Below, piece by piece: positions 1 to 13,613 of a stretch of 64,000 nt of DNA; positions within the stretch are counted from its first letter, which is position 1; every line of letters starts with the position of its first letter. The notes under the pieces are model-generated. The model worked only from the letters and a program-made list of their open reading frames with translations, was not told where the DNA came from and made no database searches. The translations under genes were made by a program, and so were the position numbers. Origin of the DNA: Felis catus (lineage: Eukaryota); assembly GCF_018350175.1 (NCBI RefSeq), contig NC_058383.1:310001-374000 (forward strand), written 5' to 3'.

Positions 1-184
1 TATAAAGTGAAAACACGTGTGTACTTTGTACTCAGATCCAGAAATAAAAAAGATCCCATGCACTTACAAGCATCCACTTGCAGACCCGCAGAATCTCGGC
101 AGCTACACACCCGTGCTGATACTTAGTACTGTCAGTCTTTCCATTTCAGGCACTGGGTTCACTACGTATAGGTATTATAGAACA

Positions 185-523
185 CAGCTGACCTGGAACG
201 ACACGGGGGTAGGGGCACCAATTCCCCACACAGTTGGAAATCCATGTGTAATTTCTGACACCTCAGAAACTTAACTACTCATACCTTACAATTGACCAGA
301 AGCTTTACTGATAACATAAAACAGTTGATTACCACATATTTTGTATGTTACACGTATTACATACTGTATTATTACAGTACAGTAAGCTAAAGAAGAAATG
401 TTACTAAGAAATCATAAGGAAGAAGAAGTGCATTTAAAGTACTGCACTGTATTTATTGAAGGAAAAAAACCCTTGTATAAGTGACCCATGCAGTTCAAAC
501 CCATGTTACTCAAGGGTCACCTG
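185..523 (+). mobile_element. Tigger2a-like non-autonomous DNA transposon (TcMar-Tigger)
   Basis: Terminal inverted repeats cagctgacctggaac ... gttactcaagggtcacctg followed by TA. Internal text (aacttaactact...ttgaccagaagctttactgataacataaaacag) matches the recalled Tigger2a consensus. Confidence 0.85.
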
Positions 524-1379
524 TAGTTTTACTTCTCCTTTCCTAATGCACGACAAATGCTGAACCTATCAGTGATTAGGTTTCCCTATATTCTCACATA
601 TGCACTGAGGCTACAACTTTCCCTCTAGTTCCAGCCTTACCTGCATCTCTGTGCTGGGGTCTGCCTGGGAGAACTGCAGAGGGTGGCAGAAGACCACTGG
701 CCAGTGAGCCTGGGCCTCGATCTGGCCAGAAAGTGCACATCCCTCATCCTCATTCCACCACTAGAAGTGCAGGTGTCCGTCCAGTGAGACTCCTGTCAGG
801 AGGAGATTCCCCCAGGCTGGCTGTCTCCTGGGAGCCCAGGGACCCCTCAAGTTGGGCCACCATCAAGGGACACATCCCAACCCCGCCGCTTGCCCTGTGA
901 GTCCAAGGAAGGGGAAACAACCTTGTTGTGAGGCCCAGGGCTCCAGCCAGTCATTGCTCCCAGATGGGTCAGAAAATACCACTAAGGAGAGCTGCTGAGG
1001 GGCTGGGCCTGCTAGACACATCCATCAGTCCACCCTTGGCTGCGAAACGCAGGTCACAGCCCAGCTCCCTGGCCTCTCATGGTCCAGGCTAATTAGATCA
1101 ATTACAGGGGCACCTGGGGCACCAGAGCAGGTTGTGCCAAATGGTTGGGGTGAGTGGGGTAACCCTGGACCCCTCTCACTGTCTATCCTTTAGGAAGCAA
1201 CCAACGGGTAGCTGTGTTTCTTACGGGCAGTGACAAAACTCCAGCCCAGAGCCCTTCACCTGCTCTGCACTGAGTGGCCAGAGGCCAAGCAAGGGCCCCA
1301 CACATGCCTGGTGCCTACTCTGTTATTAGAACTGACATTAGGCTGCTCTTACAGTCAGCTAACACTTCAGAGTGAGTTC

Positions 1380-1550
1380 CCTCTGTGCCAGCCTCTGCTC
1401 TGGGAGTTTCTACATATTGTAGTTGCTTCTTAAAAGGTCTATGAAGTAGTAAGTATTGTTATTACACCCATTGCAGAGTTGGGGAAACTGAGGCATGGAG
1501 AGAGTAACTAACTGCTGGGTTCTGAACTCCTATAGCCTGACCCCAGGCCC
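1380..1550 (-). mobile_element. MIR SINE fragment
   Basis: Core attacacccattgcagagttggggaaactgaggcatggagagagtaact. Confidence 0.7.
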
Positions 1551-2539
1551 ACAGGCACCGGCCCTGCTGTGGGAGCCCAGATCATTTGGGGCTGCTTCTC
1601 TTGCACCTGAATCCTCCTCTGAGCCCCCCACCCCCCACACGCTGGACCCAGAGACCCCGAGAAGCAGCATCTCACAGCCACCAGAGAATGGGTTCATGTC
1701 CTTGCAAATCAGGCTTCGATTATAATCCTTGTCGGGAGCTTCGGGTGTTGGAGAGAAACAGAGCTTGACAACTATCTTCTCATTACAGAAGCTCCCCGTC
1801 TCCAGTTCCTGGCAAATGACAGGCTGGCGCAGGCAGGGCCCAAGACAAGCCAGGCTGGAGATGCAGACGCTAATCAGGGTGGACACGCCCAGTGACAGAG
1901 ACCTGTCCACAGCACCTGTCACCATGGCCCTGCGTTGGCTGCTGGCTGCTCCTGAATGTTCACTGTTGGCAGCTGTGCCTGGAGCTTCCTCCCAGAGCCT
2001 GGGCCTGCACTGAGGCTGCTCCCTTCCACAGAGGGATGGGGTCCACTCAGGACAGGAGAGTCACGGTGGGAGTCTGGGGGAGAGTGCTGTCCTTCCAGAG
2101 GGTGGCCGTATGCGGAAGGAGCAGCATGGAGGGTGGGGAGCGTGTGGTCCAGCCTGGGGAACGCAACACTCCCTGAGAGCCCCAGCTGCAGCCCAGAGGC
2201 CATGGGAGACATGGGAGCCACGTCCTTGGAAGGCTCACTTCCTTTCGTGCTCGGCCGTGGGAGTGTGCCCAGCTTGGGGGGCTTGTGAGAGTCCAACCGC
2301 CACCAGACTCTGAGTTTGAGCGGATCCTGGGGCTGGTTTCCCAAGGGAAGGTCCAGCCATAAGTAAGCCTGGGAGGGTCCCCCGTCGCCCTGCTTCCTAA
2401 AGGTGACCTAGCCCCTCCCCCTCCTCCATCCTCCTGTCTCTGTGCGTGCCGAATCTCATACCAAGTCCGCCTGCTGTCCCGAACCTCCCCGACCTTCACA
2501 TCTCTGCGTACTTGTTTGACCGGGAAAACGTTTGCTACA

Positions 2540-2810
2540 CTAGTCTGTAAACTTACCTCCATGAACAGCATGCTGTGGACAGATTCCACTGTTGTCCAAC
2601 ATTCTTCATAAACACGGCTCCTAGTGATGAAACAGACATTCACCACATGACTGCGTCAGGACGCACCTCCTTGCTAGTAGGCACTCACCTGGTTTCCAGC
2701 GTGTCACGATAATGAAGTGAACCTCTTCCTGCACGCAGCTTGGGTGGGGGACTCTAGCTACTGTCCTAGGAAAGATTCCTGAAGTAGAACTGCTGGGCCA
2801 AAGAGCATGT
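2540..2810 (-). mobile_element. Old L1M 3' fragment
   Basis: ttcctgaagtagaactgctgggccaaagagcatg and neighbouring text resemble antisense L1M. Confidence 0.5.
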
Positions 2811-2827
2811 CTGTTTACTCCAAGGCT

Positions 2828-2968
2828 GCGTGTGTGTGCGTGCATGTGTGCATGCTCACACATACGTGTGTGCGTGTGCCCACGTGTGCTCATGCACGCG
2901 TGTGCACACACTTGTGTGCTTGTGTGTGCGCATGCATGCATGTGTGCGTGCGTGTGTTTACGCGGGTG
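2828..2968. repeat. Alternating purine-pyrimidine (TG/CA/CG) low-complexity tract
   Basis: gcgtgtgtgtgcgtgcatgtgtgcatgc... for ~140 bp. Confidence 0.85.
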
Positions 2969-3149
2969 CGGGTGACAATCTCAAACCTATGCAAAGGTTG
3001 CAAATGCGGTGCAAGGATTTTTGTCTGACTGCTCTAAAAATAAGCTGCTGACTGGAAGGCTCCATCACCCCCAAAATCTTTCCACAAACAAGGACGCTGT
3101 GCTACATCAGGGCGGCACAACCATCAAAATCAAACCAGGAAAGGGACAC

Positions 3150-3960
3150 GATGCTTTGTTAATCCTGTTACACTGCACTAACCTAATCCTGGGCTGCATC
3201 CAAGTTTTGCCATTTGTCCCCATGCTGCCATTAGAGAAAGAAGGTCCAGCTTAGAGCTGTGTGCTGGCTTCTTTACCCTCTTTCTTCTCAGTCAGGAGAA
3301 GCTCTTAGTCTCGTCTGGACTCTCACGATCTTGGTGCATTTGAAGAACACAGGTCAGTTATTTTGTGGAGCACTTGTCCATTTGGGTTTGTGTGATGTCT
3401 CGTCATGATTAGATGCACCTCTAGCAGGGATGCTGCACAAGGAACTGTCCTATCACACATCAGGTGGCAATTTGTCCCCTTACGGATGATGTTCCTGTCA
3501 CCTGACTATCCCCGTGTCCCCTAGTCTTCTCCACTTATTTTCTTTGCAGTTAATAAGAATTTTGAGAGAGGGGCACCTGGGTGGCTCAGTCAGTTGACCA
3601 TCCGACTCTTGATTTCAACTCAGGTCATGATTTCACGGTTCGTGAGCTTGAGCCCTGCGCTGGCCTCTGTACTAACAGTACGGAGCCTGCTTGGGATTCT
3701 CTCTCTCTCCTCTTCTGCGACCCCCCCCCCCCCCGTGCGTGCTCCCTCTCTCTCTCAAAATAAATAAACTTAAAAAAAAAAAATTTTGAGAGGAGGAACT
3801 TTGAGTCTATTTCAATGTTCCATTTCTCATGGAATTTTGAACTTATTTGTGCATTTCTTTACATCAGTTTAATGTGTGGTTTCTAGTATATGCAATCTGT
3901 CCCTAATTTTACTTATTCTGATGCTGCAATTGTCCTAGAGTTGGCAGGTGGGACCCTCCA
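3150..3960 (-). mobile_element. Old L1MC-like 3' fragment interrupted by a SINE
   Basis: aggtcagttattttgtggagcacttgtccatttgggtttgtgtgatgtctcgtcatgattagat is typical antisense L1MC text. Boundaries approximate. Confidence 0.5.
3570..3782 (+). mobile_element. Can-SINE (older felid/carnivore subfamily)
   Basis: ggggcacctgggtggctcagt head, CT-rich tract, A tail, TSD aattttgagag. Confidence 0.92.
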
Positions 3961-4447
3961 TACTGGCTTCTGTGGTGTCTGATGTGTTGCCACCATTCGG
4001 GAAGCATTTCCTGTCTCGCACAGTCTGATGTTTCCTGCTCGTCTTTCCCTGCTCCAAAACCAAAATGAGCTGTCGGCCCCAAAAGTCCTCATTTCTTTTA
4101 GTGAAAGGGGTACTCAGGCCAATCTCTCAGGGTGCTGTGTGCAGAGTGCCAGGTTGCCCCTACTTGCGGGCTCCCCGGTGGATGCTGCCTCCTCCAAGGA
4201 AGCTCTGAGTGATGACCCACCATGCTGGCCTCATCCTGCCCTTGCCCCTGGGCTCATTCCCTGAAAAGAATGGCCCTGAAATCTTTAGGAAAGGACTGAA
4301 CAGTGAAAGGGAAGGAGAAAAAGAGGAGCCGTGTCAACATCTTTCATTAATTAAGGCTGAAGAAAGTCTGTATTTTCCTACCACCAACACCACCAGAACT
4401 TGAAAGGCCTCATTACCAACACTGCATACAATCCTCTTAAAGTCAGT

Positions 4448-4678
4448 GGGGCGCCTGGGTGGCTCACTCAGTTGAGCGGCCAACTTCGGCTCAGGTCACG
4501 ATCTCGTGGTCCATGAGCTCCAGCCCCGCCTCGGGCTCTGTGCTGACAGCTCGGAGCCTGGAGCCTGCTTCGGATCCTGTGTCTCCCTCTCTCTGACCCT
4601 CCCCCGTTCATGCTCTGTCTCTCTCTGTCTCAAAAATAAATAAACGTTAAAAAAAATAAAAATAAAAAAAAATAATAA
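4448..4678 (+). mobile_element. Can-SINE (SINEC_Fc-type)
   Basis: ggggcgcctgggtggctca head, A-rich tail, TSD taaagtcagt. Confidence 0.95.
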
Positions 4679-7111
4679 TAAAGTCAGTAACAATTTCCTA
4701 TCTAAGTCTGATTTGATCAGTAACGATGCTAAACATTTTTCCGTGTTTACTGTTATCATTTTTGTGTTTGTCTTTCATGTCTTTTGCCTTTTGATAATCA
4801 TTTCTAAGAAATTCTTACATACTAGGGGAGCATGCCTATACATTTTTTATAATTAAATTACCTTCCTAATTTTTCGTCCTTATTTTTGTCTTAATTTATA
4901 ATTTCAATGTCAATCCAAATCTGTTTTTTGTGTGCTCGCTTACATTTTTTTCTTAAAAATGACATTTTCATCTTACAGTGGATAAAACTTAGAGTTTTCT
5001 ACTTAGAGTCCTGTTTTGTCTTGTCCTCTTGTTCTTTTGTGGTTTTATTTTGAAATCAAATCTGCCTAGAATTTAGTACATTCTAAGTACATTCTAAGAT
5101 CTACTTTTAGGGTATGTAATTTATTTCTTGGTCCCATACGATTCACTGAATAACTTTTCTTCATTGATTAATGATGATCCTATTAACATTTAGTAGCTTG
5201 TTACATGAACACATAAAATTATTGCATAAATTCTGATTCTTTCCAGAGTGATCTATGATCCTCCATTGATATAAATGAGGGCTCCTGCAGCCACACTACC
5301 TTTTGTGGCTGATTGTAGCTTGGACTACAGCTGCAGGTCTGATAAGTAATCTCTGACCTCAAGAGAGACCTCTTCTCTCGAAGTGCTTGTGGTTCTTCAC
5401 ATTCACTTCTTCTCCAGGTGAGCCTGAATCACATTAGCAGGCTTCAAAGATCGAGATATAATTTTGTCGTGACTCATACGACATCTTTAACACCCAGGAG
5501 AATTAACGCATATGCTATTCAGTCTTTGCCTTCCGGTGATGGTGTCTCTTTCGCTCACTGTTTTAATAACCTCAGGGAGATAGTGAGCATTTTCCACATT
5601 AAGCCACTGTCTTTCTGGATAAGTTAATTCCTAGGTACTTACCACTGAGATCAGGCCTCAGTTTGTCCCTATCACATTTTCCAAATCACCCCTGACTTTC
5701 TTTGGAAACATGCTCATTTCATACATCTTGTTGCCATTGTCCTTACTACAAAATACTATGCATTTCCCACCTCCCCCCAACCGCCCTGGCTCTATACCCC
5801 AGACACATTTGCTCAGGTCTGCAGTGGCCAGCCATGTAGCCAACTCCCTGCATCTGGAAGGAGAGGTCCTGATGGGAAGGGCCCACCATGGTGGCCTTGG
5901 GGAAGAACCCCCCAGAAGACGCCCAGGCAGCCCTGCCCTCTGATGTGCCCAGAGCCAGCAGGGACCCTCTTCTGCCAAACCCACACCCACACCCCCACCC
6001 GCAGTCCCTGTGCTCTTTGCTCATGGAAATACCTCCGTGGTCTGTGATTACTCACCCACGTTCCCAACTTCCTGTGCTGTAGGCAACTTGTGTCTCTTCC
6101 TTTTTACTTCATTTGTTCTTTACATATTTTTTAACCTTCCAGCGTCCCTGTGAGAAGGAAGGGCAGCGAACAACACTGAACACCACCGGCTCATGACCAT
6201 CATAGCCTGCCGTCTCTTACAGGGGAGCCTTAGAAACCGAGACCCTCCCCACACTCACTTAAGGAGCAAATACGCAGTATGAGATGAAGACCTATAGCAC
6301 ACACACCTCCCTCCCGTCTTTTCACGAAAGACCGCGCTCAGTGGCGGTCAGAGCGACACTGCATGACGGTCACCTCTCGCTCATCTCTCAGGATAACAGA
6401 GGCCCGTGCTCCCACTGTCAGCCTGTGGTCATGGGATCGTGTGCCCCTACTTGCACAGGGGGCAGACGAGGCAGAGACCTGGCTTCCGAGGTCCCGGGGC
6501 CCTTTGGCCCTCCTATGACCCCTGGTGATCTGCATCTGGGCGGCTTCCCGAAAACCCATCTCGTGGTCAAGTGTATCTGGTCTCCAGCAATTGTTTCCTG
6601 AAGATGTGGATTACAGAATGGAGGGACCTTTGGTGAAATCTGCATTGTGCATTTTCCTGCAAGGACATCTCCAAAGACATTTTAAAAATACATGTGGAAC
6701 AAAATCAGGTTTTCAAAAATAGTAAATGTTACAAACTAAGCTGCACATTTCCTCTTTTCTGTATAAAACAACACGCGTGGTTATTTTTAGCTCCTGGAGC
6801 TCCACTGGGAACGTGGAGCATTAGTATGTGCCAGTGTATACACAGAGAAGTCCTTGTTTTGTCAGCCGCTCAAGCCCTGTAAGGGCACGTGTCTTCCTAA
6901 AGGATGCATGTAAGCAAACCACTGTCCTCCCTTATGTTGATGCTGGTCTGAGTGCGAATGGGCTGAGGTGGGAAGGAGATGGGTGGGTGCTGTGGACACA
7001 GATCATTTACTCGGCAGACAGTCCTCACTTCCTGCCCGAGGGGCTCTGGGACTGAGGAGTCAGTGGGAGGGAAGCAAGACAGACAGGGTCCTGCTCCGGA
7101 GGCACTCCGTC

Positions 7112-7573
7112 TGGTGGAGGGAGGAATGCCATTCTCTCAACCCTCTTGGGGTCTCTGGCCTGGGCCTGAGACTTAGCAGGAGAAAGACACACAAGTTTAT
7201 TTTACGTAAGTTTTTCATCACATGGGAGGGAGCCCTCATAAGGAGAACGAAGACCCAGGACTGGCAAAAACGAGAGGTTTCATGCTAGTGTGAACAGAAA
7301 GGGACAGTGGGAAAGTATCCAAAATACCTGGGTAGGAGTTATTTCAACAAGAATTCTCCCGTCCTGGGCTCCCGTCCCCTTGGCAAGACCACTTCCTTCC
7401 CCCTGGTGCAGGGACAGCAACTTCACCCTGGTCTGTGTCCTGCTCTCAGGAAGAAAGGGGGAGATACGGACGTTCTTCTTGTACCTGCTGTTTTTCAAGT
7501 GCCTTTTGCTCAAATCATCTTATGCCAAAGTGGGGTGGCCGTCTTGGGGTGGCATGTTCGGCCACCGTTTACG
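7112..7573 (-). mobile_element. ERV1 LTR, MER34/MER39-like
   Basis: Minus strand begins gaacatgccaccccaag...ctttggcataagatgatttgagcaaaaggcacttgaaaaacagcag, matching the recalled MER34-group LTR start. aataaa near its 3' end. Confidence 0.7.
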
Positions 7574-7759
7574 GTGAACAAGTAGGAAGACGAGTGACAC
7601 TTTGCACCGTGCTGTGTTCTGGCTGAAAGACACGTAAGGGAAGCCCTTCCAAACCTGCTCCAGACAGACTCCAGGCAAAGGCTGGGGGTGGGGGCTGTAA
7701 AGGACATTTGTTTTCAAAGTCAGGAGTCCTACGCAAATATAAAAAAAAAAAAAAAAAAA

Positions 7760-8130
7760 AAACCACACGGCAACACGGCACATACTTTGTTTAACTTGTG
7801 AGGAACACGTAAGATATTACAACCAGTTCAAGGCAGAGTTCAGACACATTCGTATACAGGCAATCAGAAATGCTAAAATAAATCTACAAATAGATGTCAG
7901 TATCAACAGGGCAACTGCATTCCAAAGGACAAAATTTAGTTGCATTTCTATGGGCAATAATTGGTTGCATTATTGTAAGTTTCCTACAGTTTAAAAGCTG
8001 TAAAATAGCTCAAGGCAATAAAAGGCACAGGCCCGAACTGAATCACAAAACCTAGAGGGGGAACGACAAGAATTTTTTTGTTTTTCTATCTTAATGTTTC
8101 ACGTTTTTTTCTAACAGGGCAAACATTCAG
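7760..8130 (-). mobile_element. ERV1 internal fragment (MER4/MER34-int-like)
   Basis: aaaagctgtaaaatagctcaa and AT-rich context resemble MER4-group internal sequence. Adjacent to the LTR. Confidence 0.4.
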
Positions 8131-8686
8131 TTCTGTCTCAGCATGGCTAGGCCTCTGCATGAGGTGATATGGTGTCTTTCAGAAAACTGAGCCAGAGACC
8201 AGTGCACTGGGAATGGGGTGAGGGCTGCAATCCCAGGGAAGGAGTAAGAGGCAGGAGCAGGAGTGTCAGTGGGAAGAAAGGGGAATAAATACAGAGTGAT
8301 GCCCTTTGGTTTTGCTGTTGGTGGGTTTTTTTGTTTTTGTTTTTCTTTCTGGCTTGCCACAGATTATAAAGGAAACAGCAAGATGATGGCTCACTGAGTT
8401 ATCTTCAGGGAACCACTGCCTCTCTAGACCTTCTAGAGAAAAGGCAAGCAATTTATCTGCCAGTCTCTTCAGGTTGGTCAAGACCCTTCCAAGCATCTAC
8501 TGGCCTTTGCCCAAAGCAGGAGCTGTGACCACCGGGGAAGTCATCACAGTGGAGGCAGGCTTCTTGAAACATAAAGAGGTGCACCTGCACACACTCTGGC
8601 TGGTCCATGTGAGGTGGAGCGGATGGGGTAGACGGAAGGGGTGGGGTCGACGGGGCCAGTGAGGCAGGTGGGGCGGATGGAAGCAA

Positions 8687-9396
8687 TGAGGGAGCTTGGG
8701 GCACGGCGAGGGCAAATACAGGCTGGCATCACCCCCACCCCCCTCCCCGGTGGAATATGTGTGATATTCCTCGGACACTCCTGGCTGCCCAAGAACAAAG
8801 GAAAGGGGTTTAAGTGCTTGCCATGGTGATGTGGGAGACTGCAGCAAATGAAAAATTAAATTTCCTTACTGCCTACAGCCCATTGCAAGTCCTTGAGACC
8901 GGCAGAATGACCTCCCTCTAGGAGCTCAGCTGCCTCGATGATGACACTTTGCTGGGGCCAAAAGAGAACCCTAGCTTAACATCATCCCAACCTCAAGGTT
9001 CCTGTAAGTCTACTTCCTTTATCTCAACTGCCCCAAGATACATGCTGGCAATCACACTCCAAACTTACGGCCCCCCGATAAACATCTGGGGGGGGTCTCA
9101 TGACCGAGGTTTTACTAAATGGTAATAAACGGTGTTTCCCTAGGAACAGCTAACCCCTCAAGGTCCCGGAAACCTTGTTTCCAAAATTCCTTAGAGACTT
9201 ACTCTATCCCTGACCCCCTCCCAACCTACGGGTAAAGAATGAGTTACCTGTCACGACCCCAGAGCAGCTCTTCCCGCCATGGGTCCTGTCCACATACTTT
9301 AATAAAATGACCTTTTTGCATCAAAGATATCTTCAAGAATTCTTTCTTGGCTGTTGGCCCCAGACCCTATGAACCCATCACCCCAAAACATCATCA
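8687..9396 (+). mobile_element. Carnivore ERV solo LTR
   Basis: Ends ...acatcatca, has aataaa at 9301 and a typical LTR R/U5 (cagctcttcccgccatgggtcctgtcc). The 5' boundary is uncertain (8687 or 8827) and no clean TSD was seen. Confidence 0.7.
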
Positions 9397-9619
9397 GGAC
9401 GGATGAGACAAGCGGGACAGATGGAGAAGATGGAAAGAACGGAATGGGCGGGCCACATGGAAGGGCATTCCTGCCGGCAGAGGTCATTTTACCTCTGTCC
9501 CCATGTTCTACTTGCCTGCTAACAGTACCTGGGCAAAGTCTGAGCTTCTGTGGCATCTAAAGGAAGGAAAACACTCCCCAACCCGACCATCCCTGCCCAG
9601 CTTGCCAGAGGACAACACC

Positions 9620-10103
9620 AAAGCACACGTGGCCCAGGGGCCCAGGGGCCCAGTGGCCCAGTCTGGGCTCTGGTGAGGACACGTGGATGCCAGGGAGGAT
9701 TGCTGTCCACAGACAGCTGGGAGCTCTGTCTGAACTCTGCCCTGTGGCCTTCTCCTTGTGTTACGTTCGCCTGTATCCCTTTGCTGTAATAAACCACGGC
9801 CCTGGGGCGCCTGGGTGGCTCAGCTGGTTGGGCATCCGACTTCGGCTCAGGTCATGATCCCGCGGTCCGTGAGTTCGAGCCCCGCGTCGGGCTCTGTGCT
9901 GACAGCTCAGAGCCTGGAGCCTGCTTCGGATTCTGTGTCTCCCTCTCTCTCTGACCCTCCCCCGTTCATGCTCTGCCTCTCTCCGTCTCAAAAATACATA
10001 AACGTTAAAAAAAATAATAAATTAAAAAAAATAAACCATGGCCCTGAGTACATCAGCTCTCACTGAGCTCTGAGAGTCCTACTGGGGCATCCCCCACTTG
10101 CAG
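9620..10103 (+). mobile_element. MER21C/MER68-like ERVL LTR fragment interrupted by a SINE
   Basis: ctgtatccctttgctgtaataaaccayggccctgagtacatcagc...ctgagctctgagagtcct matches the recalled MER21-group 3' end. Confidence 0.65.
9804..10029 (+). mobile_element. Can-SINE (SINEC_Fc-type) inserted at the LTR polyA signal
   Basis: Full head and tail. 16-bp TSD aataaaccac/tggccct. Confidence 0.95.
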
Positions 10104-10789
10104 TCTGTTCCCTCGAACCCTGCAATAATGTTAACTCTACGTGTATGAGAGCACTTGAGAGCCCGGAAAACTATCTGGAAAAATGCTGACAGTAGATACC
10201 TCTGGGGTGCAGCACGTACATGTGTGTTCTCATCAGTCTGTATGTGTACGTAAAGCACCTGTAGCACACCCGTCTCTGCTCTGCCACTCACATGATTGCG
10301 GGCTCAGCGGGCCCATCACTTCAGTGAAAAGCAGGAGACCACTTCTTACTGTGAGCTTCACCAGGACACTTCGGTTTGCACCCAAGCACGTTCATGCCGC
10401 TTGTCCACACTCTCCCTACTGCTGAGCTTGTTTATTATTATGGAAACCAGCTTCCGGCTAGTGCTAATGAAAGAAAGTGGTTTCTATGAAAACCAGGATA
10501 AGCTTGACTTGGAAAATCAAGATAAAGGCAAGTTGAAGTTCTTTTAAAAACTGATCTTGAATTAGATATAGACAAGATAACTATTAAACAGAAAATAATT
10601 TTTGAATATTTGGAAGAATTCTGGTCTTAGACTGCCTTACAAATACACTCGATTTCTCAGTCCACTTTAGAAAAACACTGAAACCACACATCTTAGGAAG
10701 ACAAATTAAGGATGCGGTTTATGCTAAAAATGGAGACTAAGAATCCAGTTGTGAGACAAGTGCTCACTCAGACTCTTCAGCCCCATACA

Positions 10790-11025
10790 GAAACATCCAG
10801 AGTTGTGACAGGAGCCAGAAGTGGCCACATTAGGAAGGCGGTTAGGGGTGTGGTGGCCTCTGGGCGGGATAATGACCAGGAAGGAAGCAGGGGGCTTTCT
10901 GGAGCCATGACATTGTCATGCATCTTGTCTGACTTTCCACATTTGTCACAACTTACCAACATGTGCAGTTAAGACCTGAAGGTTTCACTATATGAAAAGT
11001 AGATCTCAATAAAATTGTTAAAAAT
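10790..11025 (+). mobile_element. Old L1ME 3' end
   Basis: gggggctttctggagcc...gttaagacctgaaggtttcactatatgaaaagtagatctcaataaaa. Confidence 0.55.
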
Positions 11026-11157
11026 TAATGCACAGATAGCTACAAATCTTAAGTTAAAATATATGTAGCCTGTATCTCCTTCCTGTCTATTACCTATTTT
11101 CACAGCTCTTATATTTAAATGACAGATCATGTTGGCTTCACAGAACTGTTTCTTCTA

Positions 11158-13613
11158 GCCATATATGAAAGGCCCACACTAATATCATCTTCAATGGGGA
11201 AAAACTGAGAGCTTTCTCCCTGAAATTAGGAACACGACAGGGTTGGCCACCCTCACCACTGTTGTTTAACATAGAGTTGGAAGTCCTAGCTACAGCAATC
11301 AGACAACAAAATGAAATAAAAGGCATTCAAATTGGCAAAGAAGTCAAACTTTCACTTTTCACAGATGACATGATACTCTACATGGAAAACCCAAGAGGCT
11401 CCACCAAAAAACTGCTAGAACTGATACATAAATTCAGCAAAGTCGCAGGATATAAAATCAATGTATAGAAACTGGTTGCATTTCTATACACCAGGGATGA
11501 AGCAACAGAAAGAGAAAGAATCGATCCCATTCACAATTGCACCAAGAACCATAAAATACCTAGGAATAAACCTAACCAAAGACGTAAAAGATCTGTATGC
11601 TGAAAACTATAGGAAGTTTATGAAAGAAATTGAAGACAACACAAAGAAATGAAAAAACATTCCATGCTCATGGACTGGAAGAACAAACATTGTTAACATG
11701 TCGGTACTACCCAAAGCAATCTACACGTTCAATGCAATCCTTATCAAAAGAACACCAGCATTCTTTGCAGAGCTAGAACAAACAATCCTAAAATTTGTAT
11801 GAAACCACAAAAGACCCTGCATAGCCAAAGAAATGGTGAAAAAGAAAAACAAAGCAGGAGGCATCGTAATCCCAGACTTTAGCCTTTACTACAAAGCTAT
11901 AATCATCAAGACAGTATGGTATTGGCACAAAAAACAGACACCTAGACCAATGGAATAGAATAGAGAACCCAGAATTGGACCCACAAATGTATGGCCAATC
12001 AATCTTCGACAAAACAGGAAAGAGTATCCAATGGGAAAAAGACAGTCTCTTTAGCAAATGGTGCTGGGAGAACTGGACAGCAACATGCAGAAGAATGAGG
12101 GGCACCTGGGTGGCTCAGTCAGTTAAGCGGCTGACTTCAGCTCAGGTCATGATCTCACAGTTCGTGAGTTTGAGCCCCGTGTCGGGCTCTGTGCTGACAG
12201 CTTGGAACCTGGAGTCTGCTTCGGATCTGGGTCTCCCTCTCTCTCTGCCCCTCTCCCACTTGCACTCTGTCTCTGTCTCTGTCTCTCTCTCAAAAATAAA
12301 CATTGAAATAAGTAAATAAATAAATAAGATGCAGAAGAATGAAACTGGACCACTTTCTTACACGATACACAAAAATAAATGCAAAATGGATAAAAGACCT
12401 AAATGTGAGACAGGAAGCCACCAAAATCCTAGAGGAGAAAAGAGGCAACAATCTCTTTGACCTTGGCCATAGCAACTTCTTACTCAACACGTCTCCAAAG
12501 GCAGGGAAGTAAAAACAAAAATGAACTACAGGGACCTCATCAAGATAAAAAACTTCTGCACAGCGAACCAATCAATCAGCAAAACTAAAAGGCAACCAAT
12601 GGAATGGGAGAAGATATTTGCAAATGACATATCAGATAAAGGGTCAGTATCCAAAATCTTATCAAACTCAACACCCAAAACACAAATAGTCCAGTGAAGA
12701 AATGGGCAGAAGACATGAAGAGACAATTTTCCAAAGAAGACATCCAGGTGGCCAACCGACACATGAAAAAATGCTCAACATCACTCATCATCAAGGAAAT
12801 ACAAATCAAAACCACACGGAGATACCAACTCACGCCTGTCAGAGTGGCTCACGTTAACAACTCAGCAAACAACAGATGCTGGCGAGGATGCAGAGAAAGA
12901 GGATCTCTTTTGCACTGCTGGTGGGAATGCAAACTGGTGCAGCCGCTCTGGAAAACCGTGTGGAGGTTTCTCCAAAAAATAAAAACAGAACTACCCTACG
13001 ACCCAGCAGTTGCACTACTAGGAATTTATTCAAAGGATACAGGAGTGCTGATTCGAAGGGGCACGTGCACCCCAATGTTTATAGCAGAACTTTCAACAAT
13101 AGCCAAATTATGGAAAAAGCCCAAATGTCCATCGACTGATGAATGGATAAAGAGGATGTGAGTTATATATAAAGTGGAATACTACTCAGTAATGAAAAAG
13201 GATTGAAATCTTGCCATTTGCAACAACATGGATGGAACTGGAGGGTATTATTCTAAGTGAAATAAGTCAGTCAGAGAAAGGCAGATATCATGTTTTCACT
13301 CATATGTGGAATTTGAGAAACATAACAGAAGACCATAGGGGAAGGGAAGGGGAAAAAATAGTTACAAACAGGGAGGGAGGGAGGCAAACCATAAGAGACC
13401 CTTAAACACAGAGAACAAACTGAGGGTTGAGGGAGTAGAGAGGTGGGGGAGAGGGGAAATGGGCGATGGGCACTGAGGAGGGCACTTGTTGGGATGAGCA
13501 CTGGGTGTTGTATGTAAGCGATGAATCACAGGAATCTACTCCCAAAGCCAAGGGCCCACTGTATACATTGTACGTAGCTAACTTGACCATAAATCATATA
13601 CATTTTTTTAAAA
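11158..13613 (+). mobile_element. 5'-truncated LINE-1 (felid/carnivore type), disrupted ORF2 C-terminal half plus 3' UTR
   Basis: Fragments translate to L1 ORF2: [69 protein letters not shown]. Stops and frameshifts present; G-rich 3' UTR. Confidence 0.96.
12099..12328 (+). mobile_element. Can-SINE nested in L1 ORF2
   Basis: TSD atgcagaagaatga on both sides (12085-12098, 12329-12342). Confidence 0.95.

Noticed and set aside
8390..8580. Possible KRAB-like or other exon on the minus strand
   Set aside because: No VTFEDVA/EEW motif and no convincing splice sites.
11158..13613. Active L1 or domesticated RT gene
   Set aside because: 5'-truncated, multiple stops and frameshifts, and a SINE insertion in ORF2.
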